DNA of 64,000 nucleotides from the human T2T-CHM13v2.0 reference genome, Homo sapiens. Location of the stretch: NCBI RefSeq assembly GCF_009914755.1, contig NC_060934.1. One strand, written 5' to 3'. A model generated the notes under the pieces. That model did no database searches, was not told the origin of the DNA, and worked only from the letters and a program-made list of their open reading frames with translations. Below are positions 56,161 through 64,000 of this stretch, piece by piece (position 1 is the stretch's first letter; each line of letters starts with the position of its first letter). Made by a program: the position numbers and the translations under genes.

Positions 56161-57384
56161 TCACATCAGAGATTAGATGCCTAAAAAGCTGTCCATTAAA
56201 AAAAATCTATTAACAGGAGTATTCCTCTGAATATCTTTTACTCTAAGATTAGTAAATGGCCTCAAGATCATGTTGGGAAATATATATCCCAAGATCCAAT
56301 TGTGCACACTTCTTTCCAACTGTGCCTTGACAGTGGCATCACATTGGTAGCCATGGTAGGAGTGATTAGACCATTTTTTTAAAAAAAGGATACAAATTAA
56401 GGCTTTTTCCCCAGAGAATCATTGTTACATATTTACTAGCACACCACTAAATAAAGCATAACTTTTAAAATCATGCTGTCAAAGAAAAATTGTTTAGTTT
56501 TTATTAACTCAAGAAATCAAGCACAGTATATGCTCAATAATAAGATTAAAACTATTATAGTAGAAACTTCTTTCAAGATGGGGAAATGTACAAGTGTTAC
56601 TCTATTTAAACAGCATCTTCTTCTCCATCTGTCCCTTTTAAGGTGTTTCTCTTTTCAGGTATTTCCTTTGAAGAGTTTTTTTTCCTTGGTTTAATTGTTT
56701 GCTTTGGGCTGTAGTGTTTTACTGATGTGCCAATTTAGTATCCTTTGTAAATTATTTTCCCACTAAATGTATCTGATGTTACTAAATTTTTAATTTGCAT
56801 TTTTAGTTTCCATTAATGATTTTAGAACATAATATGCTTTCTTTAATTGAGAAACAAATATATGCTCAAGAATAAATAAAGATACATTATTTGGATAGAA
56901 ATGGATAGTATCTAACTTTTAAAATCATTCTCTCCTTAAGAATTCTTTCTGAGAATTCAGCACTATCTTGAAATTTTTGAGATTTGGGTTTTAGGCTTGA
57001 TTCTTCCAATTAACCGCTATTGTGAAAGCAGACAAATTATTTAACCTCTGGATTAATTTGCTAATGTCTATTTTATTTCATAGAGCTAAAAATAAAGGTT
57101 GTTCTGTTTTGCTTTCATTCCAGTTAATACACATAAATGGTGTGATAAGTAGTCCAAAAGAGTTTGGAATGGAAAATAGACCCTCTCCTTTCCCTTTCCC
57201 CATTTCCACTCCCAGTCTTCCAGACTGCTGTTTTTCACTATTTGGTTTTATTTCTTCTGGTGGTTATCTTATTAAAAAACAGAGAATATCTAGTGAGCCT
57301 GTGAAATACAAAAGTACAAGTAGCAACCTTTCCCTTCCCCTTTTTTAAAGTATTGATTGTTACATTTTAAAATCTCTTCTATTT

Positions 57385-57758
<374 letters not shown>

Positions 57759-58697
57759 TAATCAGTATCTTAATTCCCTTCTATTTGAAATAAGGGAGTT
57801 AGCCTTCCTCTCCTTTGCTCCATCAGTTCTTCCATCTATTCTCTTCTGATAGCTATACTATTATTTTTATCTTTATTCAGGTTATTAGTATTTACATTCT
57901 GACAACCACAATCAAATCTATCCTTTCTCGTAGGCTGGCTTTCCAAGCTAAACACCAGTAAACAGTACTGGTGTTTGTTATGATTATGCCCATATTGTTC
58001 CCTTTACACAAAGCATAGTATGCTTGCATTTTTTGTTTTCCTTTCATTTTGGGGTCCAGTATCCAAGTTCTGGGCACTTGAAGGAGAATAATTCTAGCAT
58101 CATGGCCAAATAGATTTTTTAAAATTATACTCCATTATTTAATGAAATTATACACATTTTAGTTGACTTAATATTTAAAACATATTTTTTTCCTTTTTGA
58201 TGAGTGAATATTGTACCTTCATCATATTGAGTGTTCTAATTTCCTTTCCTTCAGTTGTGTGAAAATGTCTTCTTTCCAAGAGGCCTCTTTTAAGAGGTCT
58301 TTGTCCCTAACCAGTACCGGTTGCTCTCTAGAATTGGGGCATAGCTGTTACCCTGGGACTTTTGTTCCTTGCTCTCCTGTGGTAGGAACTGTTTCTTGGA
58401 TCCCAGGCTTCTTGTTTTTTTGTTTTGTTTTGTTTTGTTGTTGTTTTTTTAAAATTACCAGTCGGTTTTGCTGAATTCCCGTAAAACTTCAGTAACTTTA
58501 ATAACTCTCCCACAAAAGGGAAATATACTATTTAAGTCCTTGCATATTAGAAAATGTCTTCTGTCTTCATGCTTGATTGATAGTTTGGCTGGTTATATAA
58601 TTATAGGTTGATTAGCTTTTTCTGTGTACTTTCATTGCATTTCTTCATTGTCTTCTGGCATCCAGGTTTTAGTATCTGTTTTAAAATTTGAATTCTT

Positions 58698-58948
<251 letters not shown>

Positions 58949-61789
58949 TCAAGAGAATGTATTCCCTTTCCTTCTTCTCCCTCTTCCTCCTTTTGCCCCA
59001 TCCCCCTCTGCTCTCCTGTGCTCCCCTTTACTTCTCCCTGCATCAGGAGCCTCAGCTCTCCCCAAAATATTCTTTCATTAGGGTAATTGCCTGTGCTCTC
59101 TGGCCCTCTGGGTGGGGGATCATTGGTACAATTGTTTCAGAAATCTTCAGTTATTTTCCCTGTTTTCCATCCCGTTTCTCATTTTTATCCTCATTCATAC
59201 CTGCAACTCTGGACTTCTAATGCACAGCTGGCTCCAAGCTCTACTGTACTACTTCTCTGTTAGCATATAACGGGCAGTGGCTTTCTTTTCTCTGTTTCAT
59301 CTGCTTTCTGTCTTGCAGAAAGCACCCGTTCATGAATTCCCACATACACCTTCATTTTTTTCTGCTGTTGAAAACATTTTATTCTTTTTTGAAGTTCTAT
59401 ACTTTTTATTTTACTCGTATCTCAGGATACGAGTAAACATTAACTTAGTCTGCCATCTTGATTCTGAACAACTTGCTTCCTTCTCCTAGAAGATTAGATC
59501 ATCTCTAAAGTCCCTGTATATAATATTGTATGTTTGTAAGCATCATTCTTTCAGACAAATGTAACGTTTCAATCCAAATGTTGATTTACTTATTCTGACA
59601 CCTCATGTCCTCTTTTAGCTCTGCACTTTTCTGCCCTTTATTTTTTGGTTCACACTTTTTTCTAAGTATATGGGTTCAGATGGCCTTTTACATGATTGAA
59701 AACTGTAAAGGAAAAAGGTAGTAGTCAACAGTACAATCATGGCTTTAATAACCCTTTATTTTATGTGACACCAAAAAGAATTGAAAAATACAAGGATTGC
59801 AATTTTTAAATTATGACGTAGGCAGCTTTGAATACATTTATATGTTTTCCCTATCAAATGAAAATATAACCATATATTGTATATATATATATATCCTTAA
59901 AAATTGGTTTTTCTTACTTGAATGTTAATTTTTAAAAATTTATAATGGCATTGATTAATGTTGATGTGATTTATTGAATCTAATTCATGTAAAAATGATA
60001 TATTGTGAACTGTGATACTTTCATTATCACATCCTGTGACATACATGGTAGTTATATGTTGAATGTTGTTGACTGACTTTTATTGACTAGGTTACTAAAT
60101 TTTATCTGAATTTCATCTTAACTTTGTGGCCTTTATATCTCCTAAGACATCTTTATATACACTTTGAAAGATTAAAGAATGTGGAAAATATAGTTGAATA
60201 AAATAACTATGATGGTGGGATAATTTTACTAATGCAAATAAAATTTATTCGAAGTTAATCTAGAAAAAAGTTAGTGTTTATCTAGGGTCTATTCCAGTCT
60301 TCCAGAAGAGTTCTTTGTCTGGTTAACACAACTGCTGTCCCACTGCCTACTAGGGTTAATTAGGTTGACCAGCCTGGCTAGTGAGTATCTGCTTCTTCCA
60401 TTTCTGCTTGTGGTTTCTCCTTTACTCATTGTGTATTTGGTGAAGAGGGCAGCTTCCCATATGGAGGGGGACCTTCAGTCTAGGCGATACTGGAAGTTCA
60501 GCTTCCACTAATACATAAATTCTGGTTTCATTGACCTAATATAATAAAGTTAAATCCACATATCTGGGTAAATATCTTTTTCTAAAAAAAAAAAAAAAAG
60601 TACTTGAATACCATATATTTTATTATTAAAATTTGAAAAGTAAATTAGGTAATTTAAAAAATTAAATAGTACTTTAAGGATAGTTTAATTAATTCTTATT
60701 ATTTATGGAATTAATGTTTAATCCTTAATGTTTTTAAGGAATAAGCCAGTACCTTATAATTAGTACAGAACTACGGCAGGGGCATATATGTATTTAAATT
60801 GAGACCAGTGATTTAGTTTTTACTTTGACTTGCTATTCACTCCTTAGGGGAGACAAAACATTTAAATAATTAGCTGTAAAATAATTTAGTGTGCCGTCTT
60901 TCCTCGAGTAATTTATTTAAGCTGTATTAGCAGATTATGTGAAGAAGTAGACTTATCCTAAGCATCTTCAGAATAATATATTCTCTATAGTTTTGTCGTT
61001 TTTGAAGAAATTGACATTTCTTTCTGTATTAAAATCATCTGTGGGAAGAGCTTCTTGTTAAATATTTAGATTCCAGTGCTTGGCCCTAGACCTAACAACT
61101 AAAATTTTTGAAGCTTAACAAGCTGCATTTGTTGCTTAATATTTGAGAATCACTGCTCTGTAGCACAGAACCTTGTCAAAGAACTGATGTGTTCTAAATT
61201 TGCTTATTCAGTAGACATAAGTGCTAAAGCTCTTGGTTTTTTAATTCTGACTAGACAACTTGATGAGAGAGACAAAAGTTTGGAGGAGGATTTGTCTGAT
61301 TAGTATGGATGTAAAAACTCATGCCTAAATCTTCAAAATAAAAAATTATGGTCACATTTATGTGATAGATGAATGCCTCTAAATTAGCAACAAACACAGA
61401 AAGAACTTGCTTGTTTTAGAGTATATTCCCTTTTGCTACTTTAAACACTGATTCTGCTGTGATTAGAATACATTTTCCTTTTTTATTTGATTGCCTTGCT
61501 GACTTCCTTCTCAGACTAACAACAATGATCATGCAGCCATGTCGGTAAGTAGATATAAACTAAAGCTAGCATGTACATTAGAAAATAATGAATTTCCTGC
61601 AGGCTTATTTTTCTCTGCTTAGGTATTTAAATTAAAGGCTAATTACTTTGGCAACATCCTTGATAAATTTTTAGTTTTGTGGAAACCTAAATTTGAAGGT
61701 AATATTAGTTGTTTGTGAAGCAGTCAAGATTCTCTGAGACTAGATTGTAAAAGCACTGCACTCACCTCAAATGCATCTTAATATTAAGG

Positions 61790-61955
61790 TGCATTTGGAA
61801 ACTTCTCTGTGGTCTTTCCTCATCTGTAAAATGAGGTATGTGGCAACATATACCCTACAGATTTTTGTGAGCTTAAATGAAATAGTATACCTAAAATGTT
61901 TAGAAAAGTGCTTGGCATATAATAAATACTCAAAAAATATTAGTTGTTATCGTTA
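61790..61955 (+). mobile_element. MIR
   Basis: tttcctcatctgtaaaatgagg core; gcttggcatataataaatactca. Confidence 0.75.
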
Positions 61956-62577
61956 CTTGTTTCAAAGATGGTTTATGCTTTTCCTGAATGCTTTTTCTCT
62001 ACTACCCTGATCCCAAACTGCACTCGTAGAAGTCTAACCCAGTGCATGACCCAGTGTGATTCATGACCCAGTGCAGGTATTTCTTTCTCATCCCAGCCCA
62101 GTATTGGTCTTCTGAATTGCCTTAGCTCTTACCTTTTTTACGGCTTTATCGTATTTTGCTTTTTTTCCGTATTTGTCTTTTTCACCTTTACTTGTGAGCT
62201 CTTGACAGAATAAGAACTAACAAGTATTCTTTGAATGTATAAATATTGAAAATTCTTCTTAGGGAAAAACAAAATCTTATCTAGCATTTGAAATGCAAGT
62301 GTTCCTAACCTATATCCTCTTCTTTCTGTTCTTATTCCTGTTACTGAAGTTCAAGTTTTGATTAATGTAATTGTCTTCTAATTGGTCTCTACCAACAGTG
62401 TCTCCTTACTTCAGTCCATCCTATATACCAGTGCTAGATTATTCTTTCTGAAGCACAGTCTAATTTTATTTCCCTATTCAGAAACATCAGGGGTTCTTGA
62501 TTATCTATTGAATTAAGTAGAAATTCCACAGGCTAGCAAAAAGAAAATTATCTCAGCCTCTTTCCACATATATTTCT

Positions 62578-62700
62578 GAGGCCGGACACGGTGGCTCATG
62601 CCTGTAATCCCAACATATTGGGAGGCCGAGGCAGGTGGATCACTTGAGGCCAGGAGTTCAAGATCACTGCTGACATGACAAAACCCCATCTCTACAAAAA

Positions 62701-62732
<32 letters not shown>
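62578..62732 (+). mobile_element. Alu left arm ending in a (CA)n tract grown from the A-rich linker
   Basis: ctctacaaaaaata followed by (CA)n; right arm absent. Confidence 0.85.
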
Positions 62733-62735
<3 letters not shown>

Positions 62736-64000
62736 TTTCTGACCATTACTAAACATGTGCATCCAAACTGGCATATTCATTGTGTCTTGGATCTATCTTG
62801 GATTTTCTGTCTTAGCTTTATTTATAACTGTAAAAATCCTGGATCTCTTCCCAAAGACATTCTAATGCAACCTCTTTCACAAAGCCTTTGCTGATTCCAC
62901 TTAACTGCATGTGGATACTTTGTCTTGCTTTTATGGTCCTGTTTTTATTTTATACTACTGCTGTTTGTAGACTTGCCTTCTTTTCCTTATTGTAGAACTT
63001 ACACCTCTTATGTCAGGAACTACATCTATTCATCTTTGTATATTCGGTAATACTTAACACAGTGTCTTACACAAAGTAGTTGCTTGATAAGTGTTTTGTT
63101 AAGTATGAAAGAGTGAAGAAATGGACAACATGAAGGTCATTTTCTTGTTTGTATAAAGCGTATAAAAGTATACTGCCTAAAAAATCAATTTCCAAATTGA
63201 AATTTGTCAAATAGAGAATACTTTCTAGTTTTGAAGTGAAGGTGCAATCTATTATTCTCAGGCAGAAACTTGGAAAATATCTGTATGAGAGTTTAGTAAA
63301 GATGATACCAGTACTGATTAGAAATATTTGTATTTATACTTTACTCATTTCTTGCACACCTCAGTGAAGGAAAAATACAGTAACTAAAACCACAGCTCTC
63401 TAGACTCAACTGTAAATTTAGTAGTGATCAAAACAAAAGACCCTTTAGCACCAGAATAACTGTTGCAAATTCCCAACATTAAGGAGAAATACTTTGTCCT
63501 GTTGAAGACACAGACCCTTAGGCTTTCATTTGCCCTTTTTACTCACTCGATATAATAATCATTGAGTGCTTATTAAGCTTGCTAACAGACTTCCTGCTGA
63601 TGAACCATATAATTCAACATACAGAAGTGATATTCAGAAGTAAAACTGACCGGCCATCCAAAAACTCAAATTGTTATTGTCAGTTTAAGGAGGCAGGGAC
63701 AGATAATGGGATCAGTTTTAGATAAATTTGCATTAGAGATTTTGAAAGTTTGGCACTTGAATATCGAGTATTTTCAAAAAGTTCTTTATGTTGTAGTTAT
63801 TTCTGTGGGAATCAAAGTGGTATTTCTATGACATATTTTGATATCCATTTTTATATTATATCCATTGTTATGAGTTAATTCCAGGTATACAAAAATCAAC
63901 ATGAACAAACCATTGACAATATAATATATCCCTGTATTGGAAAGAGTTAAAAAAACTTTGAGACAAAATATTTGAAAAATTTGGAAATAGTCAAGGTCCA

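Overview
Hominid (most likely human) genomic DNA lying wholly inside EXOC6 (SEC15A, exocyst component 6) on the + strand. Ten GT-AG coding exons (1977-47882) splice into one uninterrupted 1065-nt/355-codon frame, GDEETFENYYRKQ...FQVFTHLP. From recollection these are about exons 9-18, residues ~297-651. The rest is intron: about 30 Alus, nested L1/L2/MIR/CR1 fossils, MaLR and ERV1 LTRs, DNA-transposon MITEs (MER3, MER20, MER2, MADE1, MER85) and a full-length sense SVA 308 nt after the last exon. There is no prokaryotic system or CRISPR array, and nearly all supplied ORFs are repeat-derived or chance. The most unusual observations are: (1) a TSD-flanked composite retro-insertion that created an ~88-bp near-perfect hairpin with an L1 ORF1 fragment in its loop (4909-5346); (2) a five-unit SATR satellite block with TSDs and a T-tail, suggesting a retrotransposed satellite (10261-10675); (3) a 5'-inverted (twin-primed) Alu later hit by an AluY; (4) a candidate in-frame 21-nt microexon with a downstream RBFOX motif; (5) a CAGCAG tandem acceptor; (6) a MER20 fragment apparently copied locally into a younger L1; (7) an SVA whose poly(A) signal is mutated. 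Repeat subfamily names come from remembered consensus sequences, and repeat boundaries are approximate unless TSDs are given.
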